From contig JADHNM010000003.1 of the NCBI GenBank assembly GCA_016779505.1, positions 1 through 40,886 on the forward strand: DNA of 40,886 nt. The letters run 5' to 3'. Numbering within the stretch: the stretch's first letter is position 1; each line of letters opens with the position of its first letter. Under the pieces are notes generated by a model, which was not told where the DNA came from, searched no databases, and saw only the letters and a program-made list of their open reading frames with translations. Positions 27,609 to 37,208 of the stretch are shown piece by piece. The DNA comes from SAR86 cluster bacterium. Its GTDB lineage: Bacteria; Pseudomonadota; Gammaproteobacteria; Magnimaribacterales; D2472. The translations under genes and the position numbers were made by a program.

Positions 27609-28643
27609 TTGGGTTGCGATTACCCCATTATTCAAACTGCAATGGGTTGGGTTGCTTTGCCTGAGCTCGTGGCTGCTACTTCAAATGCGGGCGCTTTTGG
27701 TTTCTTAGCATTAGCAACCGCTGGACCAAAAGAGGCAATTGAAATGATGGATCAAACTTTGAGCCTGACTGATAAACCGTTTGGCGTAAATTTTCATATG
27801 TTCCAACCTGGAGCTGATGAGATTGTCCAAGCTATCTTAGATAGAAAGATTAAAGCTGTAAGCTATTCAAGATCCCCAACACCAGATTACATTAAAGCTT
27901 TCAAGCAACAAGGAATTGTATGCATACCTACAGTGGGCGCGCTTAAACATGCGATTAAAGCTGAGCAGCTTGGTGCCGACGCATTAGTTATTCAAGGTTC
28001 AGAAGGAGGGGGACACACAGGATCAACGCCAACAACCCTGTTGCTTAGTTCTGTCCTTGAGAATGTAGAAATTCCAGTAGTTGCTGCAGGCGGATTTCGA
28101 GATGGATCTGGTCTAGCTGCTTCTCTTGCATGGGGTGCATGCGGTATTGCAATGGGAACTCGCTTTATGATGACTGAAGAAAGTCCTGTTCCCAGTAAAA
28201 CTAAAGAGGCCTATCTATCAGCGCAAGTAGAAGAAATTAAAATAACCAAAAAATTTGATGGTTTGTCTCATCGTTTAATTTTCAACAAGTACATACAAAA
28301 AATAGATCGCTCAAATCCCATATCTTTATTCATCATGTCGGTGTCTTCAGCATGGAAATACAAACAAATTACCAAGGCTTCTTTTAGCGATCTTTTTAAA
28401 TCTTTTGTTGCGATGCTCAAGGGAGATGATTTAACTATCTCGCAATCAATTATGTCCGCTAACAGCCCTGCAATTATTCAAAAAGCAATGGTAGAGGGTT
28501 CACCTCATGAAGGCGCCATGCCATCAGGTCAAGTTGCTGGAATTATATCCAATCTTCCTTCATGCCAAGATTTAATTGATCAAATCATGGATGAGTTTGG
28601 AGTTGCAGCGGATAATTTTAAAAAGATTCAGGATAAATTATGA
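27609..28643 (+). CDS. ipdC: IpdC/ScdK flavin-dependent enoyl-CoA reductase (nitronate monooxygenase fold); true start probably upstream at about 27585
   Basis: YPIIQTAMGWV, PFGVN, QGSEGGGHTG, AAGGF.DG.GL, AMGTRF, SGQV.G.I..LPSC. Confidence 0.85.
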   Translation: MGCDYPIIQTAMGWVALPELVAATSNAGAFGFLALATAGPKEAIEMMDQTLSLTDKPFGVNFHMFQPGADEIVQAILDRKIKAVSYSRSPTPDYIKAFKQQGIVCIPTVGALKHAIKAEQLGADALVIQGSEGGGHTGSTPTTLLLSSVLENVEIPVVAAGGFRDGSGLAASLAWGACGIAMGTRFMMTEESPVPSKTKEAYLSAQVEEIKITKKFDGLSHRLIFNKYIQKIDRSNPISLFIMSVSSAWKYKQITKASFSDLFKSFVAMLKGDDLTISQSIMSANSPAIIQKAMVEGSPHEGAMPSGQVAGIISNLPSCQDLIDQIMDEFGVAADNFKKIQDKL

Positions 28644-29401
28644 GTGTTGAAACTTCTATTAATGAGGGTGTTGCTGAAATTATTTTAGATTGCCCTCCTG
28701 TAAATGCTTTAACCTCAACAGAATGGCTAGATTTAGCAATAAATATTGATCATCTTGCTCACAATAATGAAGTAAGGGTTATCGTAATATCTGCTAAAGG
28801 AAAAGGTTTTTGTGCTGGCGCTGATATCAAAGAACTGCAAGAGGACCCCACTAAAATTACAGATGTTAATGATGGTTGCTGGAAAACCGCGAGAGCAATT
28901 CATGTTTCAAATGTTCCTGTAATTTCAGCTTGTCATGGATTCATACTCGGTGGTGGTATTTTACTAGCAGGCGCTTCTGATATTGTTCTAGCGACAGAGG
29001 ATTCTTATTTTGGCTTGCCTGAAATTGATAGAGGCGCTCTAGGTGGAGGCGCTCATTTAAGCCGTCTTTTTCCCTTGCAGGCAGTTCGAAAAATGATGTT
29101 TACTGGCAAACCTATTTCTGCCCAACGAGCGTATGAATATGGTTCCATTGAGTCGCTGCATCCAGATTTAGATTCTGTCCGTGAAGCTTCATTAGTTATT
29201 GCTCATGACATAGCTTCTAAGAGCCCTATAGCGATGAACTTAGCTAAAAAAGCCTTGAATGAAATTGAGAATGGTAATGTTGATGAAAATTACAAGTCTG
29301 AGCAAACGTTTACTTTAGAGCTTTATAAATCTAAAGATTCTCAAGAAGCTCGAGATGCATTCGTAGAAAAAAGAGATGCAGATTTTAAAGATGAAGATTA
29401 A
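28640..29401 (+). CDS. echA20: Enoyl-CoA hydratase EchA20/ScdY-like
   Basis: PPVNAL, GKGFCAG.DIKE, FGLPE.DRGALG...HLSRL.P; cluster position after ipdC. Confidence 0.85.
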   Translation: MSVETSINEGVAEIILDCPPVNALTSTEWLDLAINIDHLAHNNEVRVIVISAKGKGFCAGADIKELQEDPTKITDVNDGCWKTARAIHVSNVPVISACHGFILGGGILLAGASDIVLATEDSYFGLPEIDRGALGGGAHLSRLFPLQAVRKMMFTGKPISAQRAYEYGSIESLHPDLDSVREASLVIAHDIASKSPIAMNLAKKALNEIENGNVDENYKSEQTFTLELYKSKDSQEARDAFVEKRDADFKDED

Positions 29402-30542
29402 GTTCACTAAAGAAGAGAATACTTTTAGGAGAGAAGTGCGATCTTGGTTGGAGAGCCATGTTCCAAAAAAACCACTTTTATCATTAGATACAAAAGAGGG
29501 CTTTGAACAACACAGAGAGTGGGAGAGAACCCTGAATCAAGGAAATTGGGCAATGGTTACTTGGCCAAAAGAGTACGGAGGCAGAGGTTTGGATTTAATC
29601 CAATGGTTAATCTTTGAGGAGGAGTATTATCGAGCTGAAGCTCCCACAAGGGTGAATCAAAATGGAGTTTTTTTACTTGGTCCAACCTTGATGGAATTTG
29701 GAACCCATGAGCAGAAATCTAAATTTTTAAATGCCATGGCTACCGGTGATCATATATGGGCTCAAGGCTGGTCTGAGCCAGGCGCAGGAAGTGATATGGC
29801 CGCTATTAGAACAACTGCAGTGTTAGAAGGCGATCATTATAAAATTAATGGGCAAAAAACTTGGTCCTCAAGGGCAACATATGCTGATTGGACCTTTGGA
29901 TTGTTCAGAACGGATTTAGAGTCCGAAAGACACAGAGGATTATCTTTTATTTTAGTTCCATTAGATCTTCCTGGCATTACTGTCAGGCCTATTCCTCAGC
30001 TGGATGGTGAACCAGGCTTTGCTGAAATATATTTTGATGATGTAGAAGTTCCTGTAGAAAATCTTCTTGGCGGTGACGGGGACGGCTGGAAAATTGCAAT
30101 GGCAACTGCAGGTTTTGAAAGAGGTCTAATGTTAAGAAGCCCTGCTCGTTTTCAACAAACAGCTGCAAAATTAATGGAGCTTTATCTTGCCAAACAAGAT
30201 CATTGTTCCCCAATGATCCAAGCTAAGATTGTTGAAGCATGGGCTCAATCAGAATCATATGCTTTAAGCATTTACCATACGGCATCAAAAATGCTTGCTG
30301 GAGGCTCTATTGGCTCAGAATCAAGTTTAGGTAAGATTTTTTGGTCTGAGCTTGATCATATGATGCACCAAACAGCATTGAAAATCTTAGGAGCCAGCGC
30401 AGAACTTTCTCAAGAATCACAAGATGATGCAGCAAAATGGATCAAAGGCTTTATGTTTTCTTATGCTGGGCCAATCTATGCAGGCACAAATGAAATTCAA
30501 AAAAATATTATTGCAGAGAGGTTATTAGGGCTGCCCAAATAA
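29391..30542 (+). CDS. Acyl-CoA dehydrogenase FadE31/ScdM1-like
   Basis: EGFEQHREW, WLIFEEEY.RA.AP.R, WAQGWSEPGAGSD, GQKTWSSRA, GPIYAGTNEIQ.NIIAERLLGLP; start moved to ATG 29391. Confidence 0.85.
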   Translation: MKIKFTKEENTFRREVRSWLESHVPKKPLLSLDTKEGFEQHREWERTLNQGNWAMVTWPKEYGGRGLDLIQWLIFEEEYYRAEAPTRVNQNGVFLLGPTLMEFGTHEQKSKFLNAMATGDHIWAQGWSEPGAGSDMAAIRTTAVLEGDHYKINGQKTWSSRATYADWTFGLFRTDLESERHRGLSFILVPLDLPGITVRPIPQLDGEPGFAEIYFDDVEVPVENLLGGDGDGWKIAMATAGFERGLMLRSPARFQQTAAKLMELYLAKQDHCSPMIQAKIVEAWAQSESYALSIYHTASKMLAGGSIGSESSLGKIFWSELDHMMHQTALKILGASAELSQESQDDAAKWIKGFMFSYAGPIYAGTNEIQKNIIAERLLGLPK

Positions 30543-30545
30543 AAG

Positions 30546-31583
30546 ATGAACTTTATTTTTACTGAAGAACAAATGCAATTTAAGGATGCTATCAAGTCTT
30601 TTTTGATAGATGAATGCTCTCCGAAATCCATTAGAGAGGGCTGGGATACAAAAAAATCTTTCAATCCAGACAGATGGAAAGGTTTATTTGAGCTAGGTGT
30701 TTTAAATTCTAATCTTCCGGAAGATAAAGGTGGTTTAGGCATGGACCAAGTGACGCTAGCATTGATGGTTGAAGAGATGGGTTACGCTGGTCTGCCTGAG
30801 CCAGTGGCTGAACAAACTTTTTTAGTAAATGATTTGATTTCGCTTCTGCCCAAAGATATAGGTAAAGCCATTGAAGAGACTTATGATGCTGGAGCAAAAT
30901 ATATATCACTCGCTCACCCATTGGCTCCCAATCCGTTATTTATTGCTGATTCAGCTGGACTTATTTTATTTGATGATTCCCAGTGTAAGTTCATAGCTAA
31001 AGAGGATTTGAATTTTGAAATCATTGCATCCAATGATCCATCAAGGGAGATTTATAAGATAAATTCAACCAATAATGTAATTTCTTCGGCTGAAAATTTT
31101 GAAGAATTGAATTCTGCGGTTTCTGCAAGAGGAGCATTAATGACAGCAGCTTTGTTAATTGGATTGGCTCAAAAAATGATAGATTTAAGCTCAGCCTATG
31201 TCTTAGATAGAACTCAATTTGGCAAGCCAATTGGATCCTTTCAGGCTGTTAAGCATATGTTGGCTGATGTGGCAGTTAAAATTGAGTTTGCAAAACCTGC
31301 TGTTTACAGAGCAGCTTATTCTTTGTCTGAAAATAATCCGAAATCTGCTTTACATTGTGCTCACGCAAAACTTATGTGTGCTCAAGCTGCTGAACTCGCA
31401 TGTAAAAATAGTATTCAGGCTCATGGAGCAATGGGCTATACCTGGGAGATGGATCTTCATATATACATGAGAAAAGCCTGGTCGATGATGGCTTGTTGGG
31501 GCAATGAGGACAGGCAACAAGATATAATTTTTAAGACACTGTCTTCCACTAGTGAAGAGCTTGGTGTTTTATATACTTTTTAG
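30546..31583 (+). CDS. Acyl-CoA dehydrogenase partner subunit FadE32/ScdM2-like
   Basis: Short (345 aa) ACAD with RTQFGKPIGSFQAVKH.LADV and IQAHGAMGYTWE.DL; adjacent to the FadE31-like gene, typical of heteromeric steroid ACADs. Confidence 0.82.
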   Translation: MNFIFTEEQMQFKDAIKSFLIDECSPKSIREGWDTKKSFNPDRWKGLFELGVLNSNLPEDKGGLGMDQVTLALMVEEMGYAGLPEPVAEQTFLVNDLISLLPKDIGKAIEETYDAGAKYISLAHPLAPNPLFIADSAGLILFDDSQCKFIAKEDLNFEIIASNDPSREIYKINSTNNVISSAENFEELNSAVSARGALMTAALLIGLAQKMIDLSSAYVLDRTQFGKPIGSFQAVKHMLADVAVKIEFAKPAVYRAAYSLSENNPKSALHCAHAKLMCAQAAELACKNSIQAHGAMGYTWEMDLHIYMRKAWSMMACWGNEDRQQDIIFKTLSSTSEELGVLYTF

Positions 31584-31595
31584 GGGGACATAGGT

Positions 31596-32750
31596 ATGCG
31601 AGATGCATTCATAGTTAGCGCGTTGAGAACACCAATAGGAAAAAAGAAAGGCACTTTATCAAATATGCACCCTGCTGATTTAGGGGCTGTAGTTCTTTCT
31701 GCAACCTTTGATCAAGTAGATTTAGACTCAGGGTTAGTTGAGGATGTAATTTTTGGTTGCGTTGATACAGTTGGACCTCAAGCTGGTGACATAGCAAGGA
31801 CCTGTTGGTTGGCTGCAGGTCTTCCTGAGCATGTTCCAGGGACAACCGTTGACCGTCAATGTGGCTCATCTCAGCAAGCCGTTCATTTTGCCGCTCAAGC
31901 TATTATGTCAGGTACTTCTGATGTAGTTATTGCTGGAGGCGTTCAAAACATGAATATGATTCCTATATCTTATGCCATGATTGCTGGACAAGCGCTAGGT
32001 TTTGCAGATCCATTCTCTGGATCAAAAGGCTGGGTTAATCGCTATGGTAATAAAGAAGTAAGTCAGTTTAATTCAGCACAGATGATTGCAGAAAAATGGA
32101 ATATATCCAGATTAGAGATGGAAAACTATGCATACCAAAGCCATCAAAAAGCCATGAGCGCTATTGAAAAAGGCTTGTTTAAAGATGAAATTGTTTCAGT
32201 TCAAGATTTTGATACTGATGAGACTCCAAGAGCGGAAACTTCATTGGAAAAAATGGCTTCCTTGAATCCATTGATTGAGGGCCATGATATTACAGCCGCT
32301 ATTTCTTCGCAAAATGCAGATGCATCTTCAGCTATTTTGATTGTTTCAGAAAAAATTCTTAAAGAGCATAACCTTACCCCCTTAGCAAGAATAGCGCATA
32401 TAAGTGTTAGAGCCGATGACCCAATCTGGATGCTTACCGCGCCTATGCCTGCAACAGAATATGCAGTCAAAAAGTCAGGCATCCAATTACATGAAATTGG
32501 TTTGGTTGAGATAAATGAAGCGTTTGCATCTGTTGCTATGGCTTGGCAAAAAGAAATGGAGTACCCAATGGATCAAATTAATATAAGCGGGGGAGCAATT
32601 GCTCTTGGCCATCCACTCGGAGCAACCGGCGCCCGATTGATGACTACCATGGTTCATAATATGAAAAGAAATAATATTAAATATGGTTTGCAAACAATGT
32701 GTGAAGGCGGAGGCCAGGCAAACGTTACAATTTTAGAGAATTGCTCATGA
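31596..32750 (+). CDS. fadA6: Thiolase FadA6/ScdF-like
   Basis: HPADLGA, GPQAGDIART.WL.AG, TVDRQCGSSQQAVHFAAQA, NEAFA, GHPLGATG, TMCEGGGQAN. Confidence 0.88.
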   Translation: MRDAFIVSALRTPIGKKKGTLSNMHPADLGAVVLSATFDQVDLDSGLVEDVIFGCVDTVGPQAGDIARTCWLAAGLPEHVPGTTVDRQCGSSQQAVHFAAQAIMSGTSDVVIAGGVQNMNMIPISYAMIAGQALGFADPFSGSKGWVNRYGNKEVSQFNSAQMIAEKWNISRLEMENYAYQSHQKAMSAIEKGLFKDEIVSVQDFDTDETPRAETSLEKMASLNPLIEGHDITAAISSQNADASSAILIVSEKILKEHNLTPLARIAHISVRADDPIWMLTAPMPATEYAVKKSGIQLHEIGLVEINEAFASVAMAWQKEMEYPMDQINISGGAIALGHPLGATGARLMTTMVHNMKRNNIKYGLQTMCEGGGQANVTILENCS

Positions 32751-33529
32751 ACAATTTAATGAATCCAAAATATCCTGAGGGAAGAAATCTTTTTCAAGAT
32801 AAGAATATCTTAATAACTGCTGCTGCTGGGTCTGGAATTGGTTTTTCAACAGCTAAGCGATTTCTTGAGGAGGGAGCAAATATTTTTATTTCTGATGTTC
32901 ACCAGGGCAGATTAGATGAGGCAATAGAAAGTTTACGAAAATTGAAGATGGGTGAAGTTCAGGGTTGTCTTTGTAATGTCACGAGTGATGAAGAAATTGA
33001 AGCAATGTTCAAAGAGGCTATTGCTTGCTATTCATCTTTAAATGGAGTGATTAATAACGCTGGGCTTGGGGGAGAGTCCTTGTTAGAAAATATGACCAAC
33101 GATGCTTGGGATCTAGTAATGGACGTTACCCTTAATGGTGCGATGAAAATTATGAGAGCCGCCATTCCAGTGCTTAAAGACACACAAGGCGTAATTGTTA
33201 ACAATGCATCTGTATTAGGCTGGAGAGCGCAAGCAGGTCAATCTCACTATGCTGCCGCAAAGGCTGGAGTGATGGCTTTAACAAGGTGTGTTGCATTAGA
33301 AACCGTAGATCATGGAATTAGAATAAATGCAGTAGCTCCGAGCCTTGCAATGAATCCACATCTGTCCAAGACTAGCTCAAATGAATTGATTGCTGAATTA
33401 GAATCTAAAGAAGCTTTTGGAAGAGGGGCAGAGCCATGGGAGATTGCGAATATTATTTTATTTTTAGCATCAGATCTTTCTTCATATATGACTGGTGAGG
33501 TAATATCTGCATCATCTCAAAGGGCATAG
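32747..33529 (+). CDS. ipdF: SDR IpdF/ScdE-like (HIP-CoA pathway dehydrogenase)
   Basis: Distinctive ITAAAGSGIG, NNAGLGG, VNNASVLGWRAQ.GQ.HYAAAKAGVMALTRC, EAFGR.AEPWE; ATGA overlap at 32747. Confidence 0.88.
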   Translation: MNNLMNPKYPEGRNLFQDKNILITAAAGSGIGFSTAKRFLEEGANIFISDVHQGRLDEAIESLRKLKMGEVQGCLCNVTSDEEIEAMFKEAIACYSSLNGVINNAGLGGESLLENMTNDAWDLVMDVTLNGAMKIMRAAIPVLKDTQGVIVNNASVLGWRAQAGQSHYAAAKAGVMALTRCVALETVDHGIRINAVAPSLAMNPHLSKTSSNELIAELESKEAFGRGAEPWEIANIILFLASDLSSYMTGEVISASSQRA

Positions 33530-34222
33530 ATGGAAAAGCTAGCCTATCAACTTTGGAAAAAAGATGATGATAGTCTAGAAACTTTTAAAGAATTACTTCT
33601 AAAAAACCTCAGTAAAGATATAGGAAAGTTAGTTTCAGAATTGCAAATCAATATTGCTGATGCTGATGTTTTGCCAGCAAATAATTTAGCGCAATCAAAC
33701 TATCCACCCGCGCCAAATGCAGTAATATTCATAAAAGTAAAAAGTTATTTTTTAGCAGATACACTCGAAAGTCATTTAGAAAAAATTACAAATAAAATTT
33801 ATGGCTTTGTTGTCAGTGAATCAATTATTTTAGATAACTTAAAAAAGAGTCCTTTGGGCTCAAGATCAGAAGGGTTTTCACAAGTTGTTTTTTTAGAGAA
33901 GCCAGAATCAATGTCTACATATGACTGGTTTAATCACTGGACCAATCACCACACAAACATCGCCATTCAAACCCAATCTAATTTTATTTATGTTCAAAAT
34001 ACAGTTGTTAGACCTTTGCAGAAAGCATCTCCTTCATTTATTGCAATTGTCGAGGAGTGCTTTCCATCTGAGGCCATGACAGATCCAGAGGTTTTTTATG
34101 ATGCCAAAAATAATCCAGAGCAATTGGCAAAACATGCTCAGATTATGATGGATAGTTGCGAGAAATTTATAGACTTTAATAAAATTGAGGTAATTCCTAC
34201 AAGTAGGTATAGAATAATTTAA
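33530..34222 (+). CDS. EthD-like (dimeric alpha+beta barrel) domain protein
   Basis: C-terminal half W..HW..HH..IA..TQ..F.YVQN.VVR...AIVEE.FP...DP..FY.A resembles EthD-type domains; 0-bp gap to ipdF. Confidence 0.6.
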   Translation: MEKLAYQLWKKDDDSLETFKELLLKNLSKDIGKLVSELQINIADADVLPANNLAQSNYPPAPNAVIFIKVKSYFLADTLESHLEKITNKIYGFVVSESIILDNLKKSPLGSRSEGFSQVVFLEKPESMSTYDWFNHWTNHHTNIAIQTQSNFIYVQNTVVRPLQKASPSFIAIVEECFPSEAMTDPEVFYDAKNNPEQLAKHAQIMMDSCEKFIDFNKIEVIPTSRYRII

Positions 34223-34257
34223 GCGTATAAAGAAATTAAGAGAGAGGAGAAGACAAT

Positions 34258-35031
34258 ATGAATGATTTAAAAGTTGCATTGGTTACAGGAGCTGCAAGTG
34301 GGATGGGCAGAATTTCCTCTAAAAAGCTAGCTGCTGAAGGTGTGCATGTTGCAGCTGTAGATGTAAATGAAGAAGGATTAAATGAGCTCAAACAAGAATC
34401 AAATAACATTTCTATTTTTCCATGTGATTTATCGGATTCAAATGCCGTCAAGACTATGGTTCAGCAGGTTCAATCAGAGGTAGGTTCAATTGATAGAGTT
34501 ACCCAAGCAGGCGCAGTAATGCCAATGGCAAGAATTCAAGATTTAGACGCATCTTCAATAAATAATTTAATGAGAATTAATTATGAGGGTACTGTAAACA
34601 TTGTGAGTAATGTTTTGCCATCAATGCTTGAAAAAAATAATGGGCAAATAATACTTTTTGGTTCCATTGCAGGAATGTGCCCTCTCGAAAAAATGTCCGC
34701 TTATTGTGCTTCTAAAGCAGCCGTAAATATTTTTGGCGAAATCTTGGCTAAAGAGGTTAAAGATACAAATATTAGAGTTATGGTAGTTTGTCCAGCTCAA
34801 ACCGATACTCCTTTGATGAGATTTGTTGATGAGACTGATGCGCCTGATGCAATTAATACTGCAGTGAAAAAAGGAATGCTTTGCGATCCAGAGGAAGTGG
34901 TTAATCAAATCGAAAAAGACTTACTGACTGATAAAATTATTTGTTATCCTTCAAAAGAAGCTGTATATGCCACCAGGATAAGAAGATTTTTCCCAAATTA
35001 TTGGTGGAAATTAGTTCAAAAAAACTCATAA
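34258..35031 (+). CDS. Short-chain dehydrogenase/reductase
   Basis: TGAASGMG, YCASK; AGGAG SD at 34245-34249. Confidence 0.9.
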   Translation: MNDLKVALVTGAASGMGRISSKKLAAEGVHVAAVDVNEEGLNELKQESNNISIFPCDLSDSNAVKTMVQQVQSEVGSIDRVTQAGAVMPMARIQDLDASSINNLMRINYEGTVNIVSNVLPSMLEKNNGQIILFGSIAGMCPLEKMSAYCASKAAVNIFGEILAKEVKDTNIRVMVVCPAQTDTPLMRFVDETDAPDAINTAVKKGMLCDPEEVVNQIEKDLLTDKIICYPSKEAVYATRIRRFFPNYWWKLVQKNS

Positions 35032-35042
35032 TAAAATAGACC

Positions 35043-36392
35043 ATGGAATATATTAATAAATTACCTCCTGATAATAGAGATCTTTCTATGTTCCCGGGGC
35101 AATATGGCTGGCCTTTTCTTGGCAAGACAGTCGAGCTAGTTAAAGATACCTTGGCAATGTGCAACAAGCACTATGATAGATATGGTCCTGTTTCTAGGTT
35201 AGACATGGTTCGTAATCAAAGAGTTTTAATGTGTCTAGGTCCAGAATTTAATGAGGCAGCTTTATTTGATCCCAATGGTAATTTTAGTGTTGCTGGTGGT
35301 TATGCAAGTTCGCTAGGCACCTTATACCCTGAGGGTATGTTGCTTAGGGATGACAAAAAACATAAAAAAACAAGAAGGGCATCCCAACCAGCTTTCAAGA
35401 CTGATGCACTTAAATCCTATGTGGATATGTTAATTCCTATTCAAGAGCGTCGCATTCAGGCGCTTCCCGTTGAAGAGGAGTTTGTATTCTATGACAATAT
35501 TCAAGAAACATTAATGGATGTCGCTGCAAGAGTGTTCATAGGCTTAGATGAAAAAAGTCCAGAAGCACAAAGATTGAGTTACCTTTTTTCAACAATTAAT
35601 GAGGGCCTGGTAACTCCCTTGCCCTATGATCTGCCATTTTTAAAATTTAGAAAATCTATGCAGGCTCGCGAAGAGCTTAGAGAATTTTTTATTTCAAATA
35701 TTCCTAAAAGAAGGGGCTCTGATGCTCAAGATATGTTTACAAGATATTGCAATGCTCAAGATGAGGATGGTGAGTATCTAGAAGATGTCGATATTGATGG
35801 GCATATGGCATTTTTATTATTTGCAGCATTTGATACCACAACAAGTGCACTGACAAATATCCTTTATTACCTAGGTAAAAATCCTCAATGGCAGGAAAAG
35901 GTTCGGAATGAAATTTTTAGTGTCAGCAATGAAATGCCTACATTTGAAGACATGGCGGAGATGACTATGACCGAATATGTTTTTCAAGAGACGTTGAGAT
36001 TCTATCCATCAGTTATGATTTTAAATAGGCGTACTACCAGAGATGTAAATGTTGCTGGATATGACATACCTGCAAATACTGTTGTTATGCTTAGCCCACC
36101 ATTTACTCACCGTATGGAAGAATGGTGGTCAAACCCTTTAGAGTTTGATCCTATGAGATTTTCTCCAGAAAGAGCCGAACATAAAAAACATGGTTTTAGT
36201 TATGTGCCATTTGGTGGCGGTGCGCATAAATGTATTGGTATGCATTTTGCAATGATGAATGCAAAACTTTATTTATTTAGATTGCTTAAAAATTATAAAG
36301 TGAATCTTAGATCTAATTACGATCCTGCATTCATGCATGTGCATCTGCCAAGGCCAATAGATGGCTTGCCATTAACTTTAACTAGGATTTAG
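35043..36392 (+). CDS. Cytochrome P450 (CYP136-like by motif)
   Basis: I-helix AAFDTT, ETLR (ExxR), FDP.RF.PER, haem motif FGGGAHKCIG. Confidence 0.93.
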   Translation: MEYINKLPPDNRDLSMFPGQYGWPFLGKTVELVKDTLAMCNKHYDRYGPVSRLDMVRNQRVLMCLGPEFNEAALFDPNGNFSVAGGYASSLGTLYPEGMLLRDDKKHKKTRRASQPAFKTDALKSYVDMLIPIQERRIQALPVEEEFVFYDNIQETLMDVAARVFIGLDEKSPEAQRLSYLFSTINEGLVTPLPYDLPFLKFRKSMQAREELREFFISNIPKRRGSDAQDMFTRYCNAQDEDGEYLEDVDIDGHMAFLLFAAFDTTTSALTNILYYLGKNPQWQEKVRNEIFSVSNEMPTFEDMAEMTMTEYVFQETLRFYPSVMILNRRTTRDVNVAGYDIPANTVVMLSPPFTHRMEEWWSNPLEFDPMRFSPERAEHKKHGFSYVPFGGGAHKCIGMHFAMMNAKLYLFRLLKNYKVNLRSNYDPAFMHVHLPRPIDGLPLTLTRI

Positions 36393-36396
36393 TTCG

Positions 36397-37206
36397 ATGA
36401 TTCCTCAAGGCTCCTATTTAGAAGTCGAGAATGACTTTAATTTTCATTATTATGACGAGGGAGATGGGGATGTTGTGGTTTTATTGCATGGCAGTGGAAC
36501 TGGTGCATCCGGGCATACAAATTTTAAAAATAATTTTATAGCTTTGAAAGAAGCAGGATATAGAGTAATTTTGCCTGACCTTCCTGGGTATGGTTTCTCA
36601 AGCAAGCCAGAGGATGAAACCTATTCACTGGAATATTTTAATACTAAAATACTCCAGCTCCTCGATGCACTAAAAGTTGAATCATTCTCGTTAATTGGAA
36701 ATAGTTTAGGTGGGGCACTGGCCTTAGGTCTTGCTTTGAGTCATCCCAAAAGAGTAGAGAAATTAATTCTTATGGCTCCTGGCGGTGTTGAAGACCAAGA
36801 TACTTATAACAAAATGCCAGGCATACAGAAACTTCTTGCTGATTTCTTGGGTGGAGAGATGAATCAAGAAAAAATAGAGGGCTTGCTTTCGCTTTTTCCA
36901 TATGACTCTTCAATTATTTCTGATGAAATGGTGTCAGATAGAATGGAAATACTTCCATTGATGAATTCGCAAGTTTTAGCTTCAATGACGATACCAAATA
37001 TGGAAAAAGATCTTTTTAAGATTCAACATCCTATTCTTGCTTTTTGGGGCATCAATGATCAGTTTATTCCCGTATCAGGCTCGATGAAGATTGGTGAAAA
37101 ATGTCCAAATGCTCAGATCATGCTTTTTAGCCAATGTGGACATTGGGTTATGATTGAGAAAGAGCAAATTTTTAATGAGGCCTGCATTAATTTCTTATCA
37201 GCTTAA
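36397..37206 (+). CDS. Meta-cleavage product (C-C) hydrolase, HsaD/TesD/BphD family
   Basis: LHGSG.GASG..NF, GNSLGG, LMAPGG, WG.ND.F.P, CGHWV. Confidence 0.85.
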   Translation: MIPQGSYLEVENDFNFHYYDEGDGDVVVLLHGSGTGASGHTNFKNNFIALKEAGYRVILPDLPGYGFSSKPEDETYSLEYFNTKILQLLDALKVESFSLIGNSLGGALALGLALSHPKRVEKLILMAPGGVEDQDTYNKMPGIQKLLADFLGGEMNQEKIEGLLSLFPYDSSIISDEMVSDRMEILPLMNSQVLASMTIPNMEKDLFKIQHPILAFWGINDQFIPVSGSMKIGEKCPNAQIMLFSQCGHWVMIEKEQIFNEACINFLSA

Positions 37207-37208
37207 AT

